NCBI GenBank assembly: GCA_041477815.1
Contig: JBGOUV010000001.1
Span: forward strand, 1-53,338
DNA length: 53,338 nucleotides
Direction: 5' to 3'
DNA from: Terriglobia bacterium
GTDB lineage: Bacteria > Acidobacteriota > Terriglobia > Bryobacterales > JACQDG01
In this document: positions 24,970 through 33,699 of the stretch, one piece after another
Numbering within the stretch: position 1 is the first letter of the stretch
How the letters are laid out: every line of letters starts with the position of its first letter
Made by a program: the position numbers and the translations under genes
Notes under the pieces: model-generated
What the model saw: only the letters and a program-made list of their open reading frames with translations
Told to the model about the DNA's origin: nothing
The model's database searches: none

Positions 24970-25851
24970 CTACTTCGCCATATCGCGGTGATTCACCTTG
25001 ACGTGGTAGCCGGCCGCCGTAAGGTTGTGGCTGGTGGCGTCGGCGATCATCACCGACCGGTGGTGGCCGCCCGTGCATCCGAAGCTGATGGTCAGGTAGC
25101 TCTTGCCTTCCTGAGCGTAGTGCGGGATCAGGTAGATGAGCAGCTCGGAGATCCGGTCGATAAATTCGCGCGTTTGGGGGAAGCTCCGGATGTAGCGGGC
25201 CACCTTGGGGTGGCGTCCGGTCAGCTCCTTGAAGGCGGGGATGTAATTGGGGTTGGGAAGGAAGCGGACGTCGAAGACCAGGTCGGCCTCGGGGGGAACG
25301 CCGTGCCGGTAGCCGAAGCTGGTGATGGAGACGAGCATGCTGGCTTCGGTGGCGGAGCCGCTGAAGCGGTCGCGGATGAAACGCCGCAGCTCGTGAACGT
25401 TAAACTTGGAGGTGTCGATCATGAGATCGGCCAAGCGGCGAATCTTAGCCAAGGCGTGGCGCTCGGCGTGGATGCTGTCCAGGATGGTTTCGGAGGTCCC
25501 CAGCGGGTGCGGCCGGCGGGTCTCGCTGAACCGCCGCTGCAGCACGTCTTCGCCGGCCTCCAGAAATACCAGGCTCACGGCCAGTTGGCCGCGCAGAGTG
25601 CGCAGCATGGCCGGGAAGCGTCCCAGAGCGCTCCCCTCGCGGATGTCCACCACCAGGGCCGCCCGCCGGATTTCCCGCGAGGTACGGCACAACTCGGCAA
25701 ACTTCGGAATCAGGTCGATGGGCAGGTTATCGACCGCGTAGAATCCCAGGTCCTCGAAAACCTTGAGAACCGACCCCTTCCCCGAGCCGCTGAGCCCGGT
25801 AATAATGATCAGGGAGCGGGCCGTACCCGGGGTCTGCGCGCGCCTGCCCAC
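24970..25851 (-). CDS. rapZ: RNase adapter protein RapZ (YhbJ)
   Basis: In ORF 24970..26124. I prefer the GTG at 25851, 8 nt after the hpf stop. Walker A ITGLSGSGKGS. C-terminal GCTGGHHRSV. Confidence 0.9.
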   Translation of the reverse strand: MGRRAQTPGTARSLIIITGLSGSGKGSVLKVFEDLGFYAVDNLPIDLIPKFAELCRTSREIRRAALVVDIREGSALGRFPAMLRTLRGQLAVSLVFLEAGEDVLQRRFSETRRPHPLGTSETILDSIHAERHALAKIRRLADLMIDTSKFNVHELRRFIRDRFSGSATEASMLVSITSFGYRHGVPPEADLVFDVRFLPNPNYIPAFKELTGRHPKVARYIRSFPQTREFIDRISELLIYLIPHYAQEGKSYLTISFGCTGGHHRSVMIADATSHNLTAAGYHVKVNHRDMAK

Positions 25852-25859
25852 GCGGTTCC

Positions 25860-26402
25860 CTAGGCCTCCACGAGCTGCAGGTTCCCGTCCCGGCGGCGGA
25901 ACAGCACGGCGGGGCGTCCCTGGGCGTCCCGGTAAGAGACGTAGTCCCGGTCCTGCTGCTCCATCTCCAGGATCGCCTCTTCGACGGTCAGCGGCTTGCC
26001 CGTCGGCGTGACGTGGCGAAAGATACGACGGCCGGCGGCTCCCAGGTCCGGTTTCACCGGCGTCTGTCCGTCCTCCGGAGCAATGTCGCGAAGCGATTTG
26101 CCGCGCCGCTTCTGCTCCCGCCACTTGTCCTTATTGCGCAGGACCTGTTTTTCCAGCTTCTCGGCCGCCTCCTGCACCACCGTGGGCAGATCGGCCCCCG
26201 AGCATTCCACCACCATCGTATGGTGCCGGAAATTCAGCGTTACCTCGGCGTGGTGCAGACGCCGCTCCTGGGAAAGAATCACGTGGACTTCCGGCTCGTG
26301 CCGGTTCCCCAGGATTTTCTGGATCTTCTGAAGTTTCAACTCCAGTTTCTTCTTCTGGGCTTCGGAGAGTTCTACCTGTCGTCCCGTATAGTGTACATTC
26401 AT
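25860..26402 (-). CDS. hpf: Ribosome hibernation promoting factor, long form
   Basis: ORF track 180 aa. The N-terminal sigma-54-modulation/S30AE fold is followed by a C-terminal dimerisation domain (KPLTVEEAILEME...FRRRDGNLQLV). Confidence 0.9.
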   Translation of the reverse strand: MNVHYTGRQVELSEAQKKKLELKLQKIQKILGNRHEPEVHVILSQERRLHHAEVTLNFRHHTMVVECSGADLPTVVQEAAEKLEKQVLRNKDKWREQKRRGKSLRDIAPEDGQTPVKPDLGAAGRRIFRHVTPTGKPLTVEEAILEMEQQDRDYVSYRDAQGRPAVLFRRRDGNLQLVEA

Positions 26403-26417
26403 GGCTTGGCCTCCGCC

Positions 26418-27974
26418 TCAGTTCTTGACGCGCCGCTGGTGTGTGGAAGGAATCTTCAAGTCCTCGCGGTACTTAGCCACCGTTCGCCTGGTTACCATGA
26501 TGCCCTGCGACTGCAGAAGCCGCGTGATCTGATCGTCGGTCAGCGGTTTCGAGCGGTCTTCCTCTTCGATCAGCCGTTTCACCATCCGCTTCAGATTCAG
26601 CAGGGAAGTCGACTGTCCGGCCGGTCCCTGCACGGCCTCGGAGAAAAAGTAGCGCAGCTCATACACCCCTTGCGGGGTGTGCGCGTACTTGTTGGCCACC
26701 GCCCGCGACACCGTGGAAGGATGCACCCCGATCTCCTCGGCTACTTCCTTGATCATCATGGGCCGCAGATGATCCATCCCGTGGTCGAGAAACTCCGTCT
26801 GGCGCCGCACAATGGCCAGGCACACCTTCAGGATGGTCTGCTTGCGCTGCTCGATGTTGCGCATCAACTGCAAGGCCGAGCTATAGCGCTCCTTGACATA
26901 GTTGCGGACCTCCTTGCTCGACCCGTCCCGCTCCAGCAGCGAGCGGTACTGGCGGTTGAGCCGGAGCTGGGGCATATCGTCGTCGTTCATGATGATCTGG
27001 TAGCCGTCGCCCACCTTCACCAGCGCCACGTCCGGTTCGACGACCTTGGTCCCTTCGGTCGAATAGCGCTGTCCCGGCCGCGGATCCAGCTTCTTGATGA
27101 CCGCCACGGCCATGTCGATGTGCGACTGCGGACGCCCCAGCGCCTTTACCAGGTTCTTCCAGTCGTGGTTCTGGAGCAAGGGCATGTGGTCGGAGACGAT
27201 CTGCCAGGCCACGCCCCCTTCCCCCCCAATGTGCCGCAATTGGATGAGCAGGCATTCCCGCAGGTCCCTGGCTCCCACTCCCGAGGGGTCGAACCCCTGG
27301 ACCACCTCCAGCGCCTCCTGGGCCTCTGGCAGGCTGACTTCGGCGCCGTCGGCAACTTCTTCGAGTGGTATGGTCAGGTACCCATCGTCGCTCAGGTTGC
27401 CGATGATAAGACGCGCGGCCTCGGCCACGTTAGCGGTGGTGTTCTGCAGACTGAGCTGCCAGTTCAGATGGTCGCTCAGGCTGGTGGGGGTCGTCAGGAA
27501 GGTCTCAAAGGAGGGTTTTTCAACAACTTCCGAGGCCGGGGACTTGTACCCGGGGTCCAGGTAGTCGTCGAAAAAGCTCCCGAAATCGATCTCGTCGAAA
27601 GGGTCCTTGGCCGGCTCGGGCGCTTCCGCCGCCACCGGCTCCGGTTGGCCGCCGGCAAGCATATCGGTTGACAGCTCGGGTTCGGGCGCGGCCCCTTCGC
27701 TGTCCACAGCGTCCAGGATCTCCCGATCCGCCGGATCCCCCTGGCGCTCCCCTTCCAGGCCCAACTCCAGGCTGATCTCTTCCGGAGTGCGCTCTTCGAG
27801 CTCCGTATCCTGCTCGGCGGTTTCTTCCAGTACTGGGTTCTCCACCAGCTCCTGGCTGATCATTTCTTTGAGTTCCAGCTTGTTCAGGGCCAGAACCGTG
27901 ACCATCTGCACCAGGCCCGGCGTCAGGATCTGCTTCTGCGCCAGGCGGAGTTGCAGTTTCGGCTGCACCATCAT
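26418..27974 (-). CDS. rpoN: RNA polymerase sigma-54 factor
   Basis: In ORF 26418..28061. I prefer the start MMVQPKLQLRLAQKQILTP at 27974. RpoN box ARRTVAKYR-type sequence (VTRRTVAKYRE). HTH AEEIGVHPSTVSRAV. Confidence 0.92.
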   Translation of the reverse strand: MMVQPKLQLRLAQKQILTPGLVQMVTVLALNKLELKEMISQELVENPVLEETAEQDTELEERTPEEISLELGLEGERQGDPADREILDAVDSEGAAPEPELSTDMLAGGQPEPVAAEAPEPAKDPFDEIDFGSFFDDYLDPGYKSPASEVVEKPSFETFLTTPTSLSDHLNWQLSLQNTTANVAEAARLIIGNLSDDGYLTIPLEEVADGAEVSLPEAQEALEVVQGFDPSGVGARDLRECLLIQLRHIGGEGGVAWQIVSDHMPLLQNHDWKNLVKALGRPQSHIDMAVAVIKKLDPRPGQRYSTEGTKVVEPDVALVKVGDGYQIIMNDDDMPQLRLNRQYRSLLERDGSSKEVRNYVKERYSSALQLMRNIEQRKQTILKVCLAIVRRQTEFLDHGMDHLRPMMIKEVAEEIGVHPSTVSRAVANKYAHTPQGVYELRYFFSEAVQGPAGQSTSLLNLKRMVKRLIEEEDRSKPLTDDQITRLLQSQGIMVTRRTVAKYREDLKIPSTHQRRVKN

Positions 27975-27984
27975 GACTGCAATT

Positions 27985-27993
27985 ATTATACCA
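27985..27993 (-). promoter_or_regulatory. Extended -10-like element TGGTATAAT 10 nt upstream of the rpoN ATG
   Basis: Read on the minus strand: ...CGGCTTGGTATAATAATTGCAGTCATGATG. No Shine-Dalgarno is visible before the ATG, so a very short or leaderless 5' end is possible. Confidence 0.3.
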
Positions 27994-28005
27994 AGCCGCC
28001 GCACG

Positions 28006-28075
28006 GCGGGCTTCAGCCCCGCTTCCGGCGAGTGCGAAGAAGCCGGGCTGAAGCCCCGCACGGGCTGAAGCCCGC
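28006..28075. repeat. Three copies of a self-complementary 12-mer GGGCTGAAGCCC / GGGCTTCAGCCC between lptB and rpoN
   Basis: Read directly. Copies lie at 28008-28019 (inverted orientation), 28045-28056 and 28062-28073. The flanks are also similar (GCGGGCTTCAGCCCCGC versus CCGGGCTGAAGCCCCGC). Confidence 0.6.
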
Positions 28076-28076
28076 C

Positions 28077-28802
28077 CTACCGCAAAGAGAAAGCTTCGCC
28101 GAGATAGACCCGCTTCACTTCCGGATCGCGCCCCAGCTCCGCCGGGGGACCGGAGCGGAAGATGCGCCCGTTGTTGATGATGTAGGCGCGGTCGGTGACG
28201 GACAGGGTTTCGCGGACGTTGTGGTCGGTGATGAGGATTCCAATACCCGATTCCTGCAGGCCGGCGATGATCCGTTGCAGTTCGAGAACCTGTTTGGGAT
28301 CGATCCCGGAAAACGGCTCGTCGAGCAGGAGGAATTGCGGTGAGATTACCAGGGAGCGGGCGATCTCCACGCGCCGGCGCTCGCCCCCCGAGAGCTGGTA
28401 GGCCTTACTCTGCCGCACCGTCTCCAGGCCGAGCTGCTCGATGAGATGCTCCAGTTGCTCCCGGCGCTCGTGCTCGGGGATCGGCAGCGTCTCCAGGATA
28501 GCCAGCAGGTTCTCCTCGACGGTCAGCTTGCGGAACACCGAAGGTTCCTGCGGCAGGTAACTGATACCGCGGCGCGCCCGCTGGTACATGGGCAGCTCGG
28601 TAATGTCCTCGTCGTTGAGCAGAACGCGGCCCGAGTCGGCGGTGATCAGGCCGACGATCATGAAGAAAGACGTGGTCTTGCCGGCCCCGTTGGGTCCCAG
28701 CAGGCCCACCACCTCGCCCAGGTTGAGCGACACCGAGAGGTCGTCGACGATCTTCCGGCCGTGGTAGGTCTTACAGAGAGATTCCGTGCGCAGGACGCCC
28801 AT
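28077..28802 (-). CDS. lptB: LPS export ABC transporter ATP-binding protein LptB
   Basis: ORF track 241 aa. Walker [10 protein letters not shown], signature LSGGERRR, Walker B LLLDEP. Position immediately upstream of rpoN. Confidence 0.92.
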   Translation of the reverse strand: MGVLRTESLCKTYHGRKIVDDLSVSLNLGEVVGLLGPNGAGKTTSFFMIVGLITADSGRVLLNDEDITELPMYQRARRGISYLPQEPSVFRKLTVEENLLAILETLPIPEHERREQLEHLIEQLGLETVRQSKAYQLSGGERRRVEIARSLVISPQFLLLDEPFSGIDPKQVLELQRIIAGLQESGIGILITDHNVRETLSVTDRAYIINNGRIFRSGPPAELGRDPEVKRVYLGEAFSLR

Positions 28803-31007
28803 TCAATTCCGTTTCAGCCGCTGGTGGGTGAGCGAGCGGGCCCCGGCCTGGCCGCTTACCAGCAGCCTACCATCGTCCAGGTAGTAGGTCAATTCGGCGC
28901 CGCGGGTGAAGCCGCGGTCGGGCTGCTCGATGGTGGGCAGGCCGCCCCGCAGCGTGACTTTCTCCTCGCCGGAGAGGTACTCGGCTTGCTCGGCGTAGCT
29001 CCGCCGACCCGGCCGCGGTCCCGTCGCCGCGGTTTCGAGGATCTCCACCCGGCCGCGCGCCAGAGCCCGCTCCAGCCGTGACTGCCCCTTCTGGGTTTCG
29101 CTCGCCGGCCGCAGGAAGGCCTCCATTTCCGCGGCCCGCACGGCCATCTTATCCCGCCGCATCCGGACGTTGCCTTTGTAAAACGCCCGGCGGTCCTCGT
29201 CCGTGTAGACCAGCGTATCGGCGGTAATGGTCGCGGTCCGCTGCTGGGGTTCCTCCCCCTCCACCAGCACGCTGACTACCCCGCCGGCGGCGTGCAGGGT
29301 CTTGGACGGCCGGTCCAGCACGATCTGCTCCGCACGCACGGAGTTGCCGTCCTGCCACATGCGGGCGCCGCCGCGGTACTCCAGCACCTTGTTGCCCTGG
29401 CGGGACTCCATCCGCTGGGCGGTCGCATGCACCGGACGGTCGCTCTCAAACAACGCCTGTTTCTCCAGGTTCGTCGAACTGACCTTCCCGGTGGCCTCGA
29501 ACCGGTCCTGCTTCTGGTCCAGCAGCAGAAGATCGGCGCTGGTCTGGCTGGTCTTGTCCCACACGCGGGCGTTTTCCTGGAGCGTGATCTGATTGCCGGC
29601 CAGGTCGAACCGGGCGCTCTTCGCCACTGCCTGCCGCTCGCCCTCCTGGTACCGGAAGTTCGACCATTGCCGCAGCTCGCGCATCTCCCCCTTTTCGGTG
29701 AACCAGGCCTGCAGGTCGTCGCTCCAGGTCAGCCGGGGCGCGGCGCTCTTCACCTGCCTGGGCGGATCGCTGCGCAGGTGCACCTTCCCGAACGCCCGCA
29801 GGGTGTCCAGGCGGTTCCCGGTCATGTACTGGGCCGACATCCGCTCCGACGTCAGGACCCGCTTCCACTGGCTCGGCTGGCTGGGGAGGAACTCCAGCCG
29901 CGCCGCGCTTTGGGTTTCGATCGACTGCACGTCCTCTCCGCCCGGCCGCATCACGAGCTTGACCATTTCCGACGTCAGGATGCGGGTCTGGGAGGCGTCC
30001 GTCGGCCGGCTCTCCACGCGCGCCTTTTCCCGCACCCAGACCTGCGTCAACTCACTGTCCGCGCTCCCCTCCACAGTGCGGAATTCCAAGTCCACGCGGC
30101 CCCCGCTCATCTGGGTCACGCCCGAGGCCGACCGCGACACCACCTCCGCCCCGCCCAGTCCCTTCGCCAGCTCGACGGTCTTTTGCGGGGTCAGAAAGAC
30201 CTCCATCGAGGCGCTGTGGAACTCCACTTCGCGCCCCGGCCGCAGGTCGCGTCCTTTCCCCTGCTGGGCCTCAATCCGCCTCACTTCACCCGCTTCCAGA
30301 TACAGCGTGGCCGGCCCCGCCTCAATGGTCTGACTGCCCCGCTCGAGCCGCGACCACGGCCGCAGCTCGATCTTGCTCTCCCCCTCCCGGTAATGGAGCT
30401 CTCCGGCATGAATGCGCACGCCCCCGCTCAAGACCTCCGCCTCTTTCTTCAGCCACAGGTACCGGTTCGCCGAGTCATACCGCGCCCCTACGGCGCGCCC
30501 TTCGCCGTTGTCGAATTGAAACGTCACCGGCGCGTCGGTATCGCTCGTTCCGGTCTTGTTGTCGTAGGTCAGGCCGGAGGTGCGGATCTCGACATAGCGC
30601 TTACCCGGTTCCGGCTGCCCGGACGCCGGCAGCCCGAGCACGATGGTCGCTTCGCCTTCGCTGTACAGGCGCTCCGCCGGCTGGTCGAATTCCGCCTTCT
30701 TCGATCGCACCAGGTTGTACCGGTCTCCCGTCTTGCTGAAGATCTTCAGCTCCACGTCGGCCAGCTCAAACCGGGAAGAACCCCGCACCTGACGGAAATC
30801 GCCCGCCTTGGCCTCCACTTGCGGGCGATCCTCGGTGCTGTGCGACCAGGTCCAGTTCTTGGCCAGGGAGTTCAGCTCGATGGGAAGGGGAGGCGGCTTG
30901 GTGGGGGTCAGCAGAACCATCCGCTGCTTCTGAACGTAATAGCCCGCGACCACCACCGCGATCACGGCAGCCAGCAGGACCAGCAGCGCCCACCGGGTTT
31001 TTCTCAC
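28803..31007 (-). CDS. Membrane-anchored multi-repeat OstA/LptA-LptC-like protein (734 aa)
   Basis: ORF track, GTG start. N-terminal TM segment WALLVLLAAVIAVVVAGYYV. It carries several segments shaped like LptA/LptC beta-jellyroll units, for example AKSARFDLAGNQITLQENARVWDKTSQTSADLLLLD, TITADTLVYTDEDRRAFYKGNVRMRRDKMAVRAAEMEAF and AEQAEYLSGEEKVTLRGGLPTIEQPDRGFTRGAELTYYLDDGRLLV. It abuts the lptB start with no gap. Confidence 0.65.
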   Translation of the reverse strand: MRKTRWALLVLLAAVIAVVVAGYYVQKQRMVLLTPTKPPPLPIELNSLAKNWTWSHSTEDRPQVEAKAGDFRQVRGSSRFELADVELKIFSKTGDRYNLVRSKKAEFDQPAERLYSEGEATIVLGLPASGQPEPGKRYVEIRTSGLTYDNKTGTSDTDAPVTFQFDNGEGRAVGARYDSANRYLWLKKEAEVLSGGVRIHAGELHYREGESKIELRPWSRLERGSQTIEAGPATLYLEAGEVRRIEAQQGKGRDLRPGREVEFHSASMEVFLTPQKTVELAKGLGGAEVVSRSASGVTQMSGGRVDLEFRTVEGSADSELTQVWVREKARVESRPTDASQTRILTSEMVKLVMRPGGEDVQSIETQSAARLEFLPSQPSQWKRVLTSERMSAQYMTGNRLDTLRAFGKVHLRSDPPRQVKSAAPRLTWSDDLQAWFTEKGEMRELRQWSNFRYQEGERQAVAKSARFDLAGNQITLQENARVWDKTSQTSADLLLLDQKQDRFEATGKVSSTNLEKQALFESDRPVHATAQRMESRQGNKVLEYRGGARMWQDGNSVRAEQIVLDRPSKTLHAAGGVVSVLVEGEEPQQRTATITADTLVYTDEDRRAFYKGNVRMRRDKMAVRAAEMEAFLRPASETQKGQSRLERALARGRVEILETAATGPRPGRRSYAEQAEYLSGEEKVTLRGGLPTIEQPDRGFTRGAELTYYLDDGRLLVSGQAGARSLTHQRLKRN

Positions 31008-32044
31008 TACCGCAATTCTAGCAGACCCCGCCGGGCCAGGAATTCGGCCAAGGCGCCGGCTACGACCTCATGGCCTCCCGCATTGAAATGATAGTGGTCG
31101 GTGAACAGATCCGCTCCCCCGCGCTGGGCGATCGCCGGATACAGGTCCAGCAGCGGCACCTGGTTCCGGTCGCAGATCTCGGCCATCTTGGCTTGCGGCT
31201 TCAGGACATAGGACGGCCCCTTGTTCAGCACCTCCGGATCGAGTTGCGGCCGGTACGGCGCCATCACCACGGCCAGGCGCCCTCCGGCCTGCTTCACCTC
31301 GTCCCGGATGGCCCGCAGGTGCGCCTCGAACGGCTTCCAGGAATTGTCCTGCCAGGCCACAGCCACGTCCGGCTGATTTTCCCAGGGGTACTGTCCCGCC
31401 TTGCTCTTGCCGGAAGCCCGCAGCCACGAGAGGCGCACCCGAAACGCCAGATAGCTATGCCGCGCCAGCCAGCCGCCGAGTCCCGAGGAGCCCACCAGGG
31501 TTCGCTGGGCTTCTTCGGTGAAGAGCATCCGCCTCTGGCTGTCGAAGCGGTGCAGGAATTGGTGGTTATCATTCAGGCAGTATTCGAGGACCACCAGGCG
31601 GGGGCGCAGGGGGAGCAGGTCGCGCTCCAGCAGCTTCCGCTCCTGGTAGGTGGTGTAGCCGGGCACGGCGGCATTCATCACCTCCCAGCGTGCGCCCAGC
31701 CGTTTGGCCAGCAGGGATACGAAGCCGTCTACCGGGGCGGCCACGGAATCTCCCAGCACGATCAGCCGCTTACCTCCGGGCGGCCCGGGCTCGGGGCCCT
31801 GGAAACCCAGGGAATTTATCCCCCGGTGCGCCGGGTTGAAGCGATACCCCAACTCCGGATCGGCGACCAGGAGACTGCCGGTTCCGAACTCGGAAAAGGG
31901 CGTGCCGCCCGACAACGACTGCCAGGCCGCCCGCCACCCGTGCTCGACCCGCCAGCGCGTCACGAACTCGGCGGCGAACAGGGCCAGACCCAGACCGATC
32001 CCGTTCGCCGCGATCGTGAATAAGATCGCCTTACTTCTGGTCAT
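31007..32044 (-). CDS. SGNH/GDSL-family hydrolase with an N-terminal membrane anchor
   Basis: In ORF 31007..32137. I prefer the ATG at 32044, which overlaps the upstream gene by 14 nt. Block I VLGDSV, block V DHYHFN (DxxH). Confidence 0.7.
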   Translation of the reverse strand: MTRSKAILFTIAANGIGLGLALFAAEFVTRWRVEHGWRAAWQSLSGGTPFSEFGTGSLLVADPELGYRFNPAHRGINSLGFQGPEPGPPGGKRLIVLGDSVAAPVDGFVSLLAKRLGARWEVMNAAVPGYTTYQERKLLERDLLPLRPRLVVLEYCLNDNHQFLHRFDSQRRMLFTEEAQRTLVGSSGLGGWLARHSYLAFRVRLSWLRASGKSKAGQYPWENQPDVAVAWQDNSWKPFEAHLRAIRDEVKQAGGRLAVVMAPYRPQLDPEVLNKGPSYVLKPQAKMAEICDRNQVPLLDLYPAIAQRGGADLFTDHYHFNAGGHEVVAGALAEFLARRGLLELR

Positions 32045-32453
32045 CCACGAGGTAGTCGAACGGTCCGTCGGTGAAGAACAGGATCTCAGTTTCCTGTTCG
32101 GCGGTGTACGGCCCGTGGCGCTCGTGTGGCGCCGCATAGAAGAACATTCCCGGCAGCGCCGGCCCCTCCGGCGACTGCAGTCTCCCTTTCAGAACATAGA
32201 TGGAGTGCCCGCAGGTGGTGTGGTAGTGGCGCGGCTCCCGGTATCCCTTGGGAAACTTCACCAGCGCCGTCATGGTGTTCTTGTCTTTGTGGTCATGCAG
32301 CAGCTTCTGCATCAGACCTGGCGGAGCCCCCGGAGGCTGGATGGCGGCCCACTGCAAGGTCTGGGTCTTCCAGGAAAAGGACTTCTGGCCTCCTGTTTGG
32401 GCCGCCATCAACAAGGCTGCGGTCAAGCCGACGACCCACTTCCCATGGTTCAC
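32031..32453 (-). CDS. Secreted cupin-fold protein (ChrR-like cupin/DUF4437-like)
   Basis: In ORF 32031..32495. I prefer the GTG at 32453, preceded by GGGAGGTGA, which gives the signal peptide MNHGKWVVGLTAALLMAAQTGG. Cupin-like KFPKGYREPRHYHTTCGHSIYVLKG. A TATAAT hexamer on the minus strand abuts 32495. Confidence 0.55.
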   Translation of the reverse strand: MNHGKWVVGLTAALLMAAQTGGQKSFSWKTQTLQWAAIQPPGAPPGLMQKLLHDHKDKNTMTALVKFPKGYREPRHYHTTCGHSIYVLKGRLQSPEGPALPGMFFYAAPHERHGPYTAEQETEILFFTDGPFDYLVDDQK

Positions 32454-32565
32454 GGTCACCTCCCATTGGCCACTGCTCTCAGGCGTTCCCGGCAATTATA
32501 CTAGGGTCTTCGCCCCATACCCACTAATCCCGCGAGGCGCTAAGTTGGAATCACGGAGGGAGACC

Positions 32566-32775
32566 GTGGCCAGGCTCATCGGCTTCGCAGTGGTCATCAC
32601 CGGGTTCTGGTACTTCTTCTATCACAACCAGACCTGGCCCGCTCTCAGTCTGCTCCTAGGGGCCTTGTGGCTCTTGGTGCGCGAAGGCCGGCATCTGCTC
32701 CTCGAACGGCGCAACCAGCCCCGGGGGCGGCGTCGCGGAGTGGATCGCCCCGATCCCCTGGACCCTGTTGTATAA
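32566..32775 (+). CDS. Possible small two-TM membrane protein (69 aa)
   Basis: In frame within ORF 32248..32775. The GTG at 32566 has GGAGGGAG 5 nt upstream. Hydrophobic LIGFAVVITGFWYFFY and WPALSLLLGALWLLV. High GC3 by eye. No family recognised. Confidence 0.4.
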   Translation: MARLIGFAVVITGFWYFFYHNQTWPALSLLLGALWLLVREGRHLLLERRNQPRGRRRGVDRPDPLDPVV

Positions 32776-32800
32776 TTCGACCACCGCGATAGGAGGACCC

Positions 32801-33691
32801 ATGAAGGCACGCCGGCTGTTGTTCCTCGCCCTGTTTCTGGTCGTGTGGGGTCGAGCGGCCGACCTGGGCTACCAGCCGGTACCCGACTGGCCGCGTCTCC
32901 CGCCCGGCTGGAACTTCGGCGAAACCTCCGGCGTCGCGCTCGACTCCAGCGGTCATGTGTACGTCTTCAACCGCGGTCCTCACCCGCTCGTCGAGTTCGA
33001 CGCCGACGGCGCCTTCATCCGTTCTCTCGGCGAGGGGATGTTCGTCCGCACGCACGGCATCCGGCTCGACCGCAGCGACAACATCTGGGTGGTCGACGTG
33101 GACGGGCATTTCGTCGTCAAAATGAACCCCCAGGGCCGCGCCATTATGGTCCTGGGGCGCAAGGGACAGGCTGCGGCGGACCAGGTCAGCTTCAACCGCC
33201 CCACCGACGTGGCCTTTGGCGCCAACGGCGACGTCTACGTCTCCGACGGCTACGTCAACTCGCGCGTGGTGAAGTTCTCCAAAGAAGGGAAGTTCCTGCA
33301 GGAGTGGGGCCAGAAGGGCGCCGGGGAGGGCGAGTTCAACCTGGTCCACGCCGTAGCTGTTGACGCCCGCGGGCGTGTCTACGTCGGCGACCGCGAGAAC
33401 CGGCGCCTGCAGGTCTTCGACGCCAACGGCAAGTTCCTCGCCCAGTGGAAGCAGGCGGGTTCCCCGTGGGGCCTGGAAATCACCCCGGACCAGCGGCTCT
33501 ACGTAGCCGACGGATACGCCAACCGCGTCCTGCTGATGAACCTGGACGGGCAGGTGCTGGGCAGCCTGGGCGGTCCGGGTAAGCTGCCCGGCCAGTTCGC
33601 CTTCGTCCACTCTCTCGCCGTCAGCAAGGGCGGCGACATCTACACCGCCGAGATTCTCAACTGGCGGGCCCAAAAATTCGTGAAGCGATAG
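32801..33691 (+). CDS. Secreted NHL-repeat six-bladed beta-propeller protein (peptidyl-alpha-hydroxyglycine lyase-like fold)
   Basis: In ORF 32768..33691. The ATG at 32801 has AGGAGG at 32791-32796, and a TATAAT hexamer lies at 32771-32776. Repeated NHL-like units: GVALDSSGHVYVFNRG, DNIWVVDVDGH, GDVYVSDGYVNSRVVKF, GRVYVGDRENRRLQVF, RLYVADGYANRV and GDIYTAE. Confidence 0.8.
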   Translation: MKARRLLFLALFLVVWGRAADLGYQPVPDWPRLPPGWNFGETSGVALDSSGHVYVFNRGPHPLVEFDADGAFIRSLGEGMFVRTHGIRLDRSDNIWVVDVDGHFVVKMNPQGRAIMVLGRKGQAAADQVSFNRPTDVAFGANGDVYVSDGYVNSRVVKFSKEGKFLQEWGQKGAGEGEFNLVHAVAVDARGRVYVGDRENRRLQVFDANGKFLAQWKQAGSPWGLEITPDQRLYVADGYANRVLLMNLDGQVLGSLGGPGKLPGQFAFVHSLAVSKGGDIYTAEILNWRAQKFVKR

Positions 33692-33699
33692 GAGGTTTC

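Noticed and set aside
27975-28061. Longer rpoN start at 28061 (MRGFSPASSHSPEAGLKP...), and the similar long 5' extensions of ORFs 5841, 11738, 14935, 24962, 26124, 32137 and 45849
   Set aside because: The extensions translate intergenic repeats or the 3' ends of upstream genes and lack family sequence. Internal starts give canonical N-termini, signal peptides, RBSs or ATGA/GTGA coupling.
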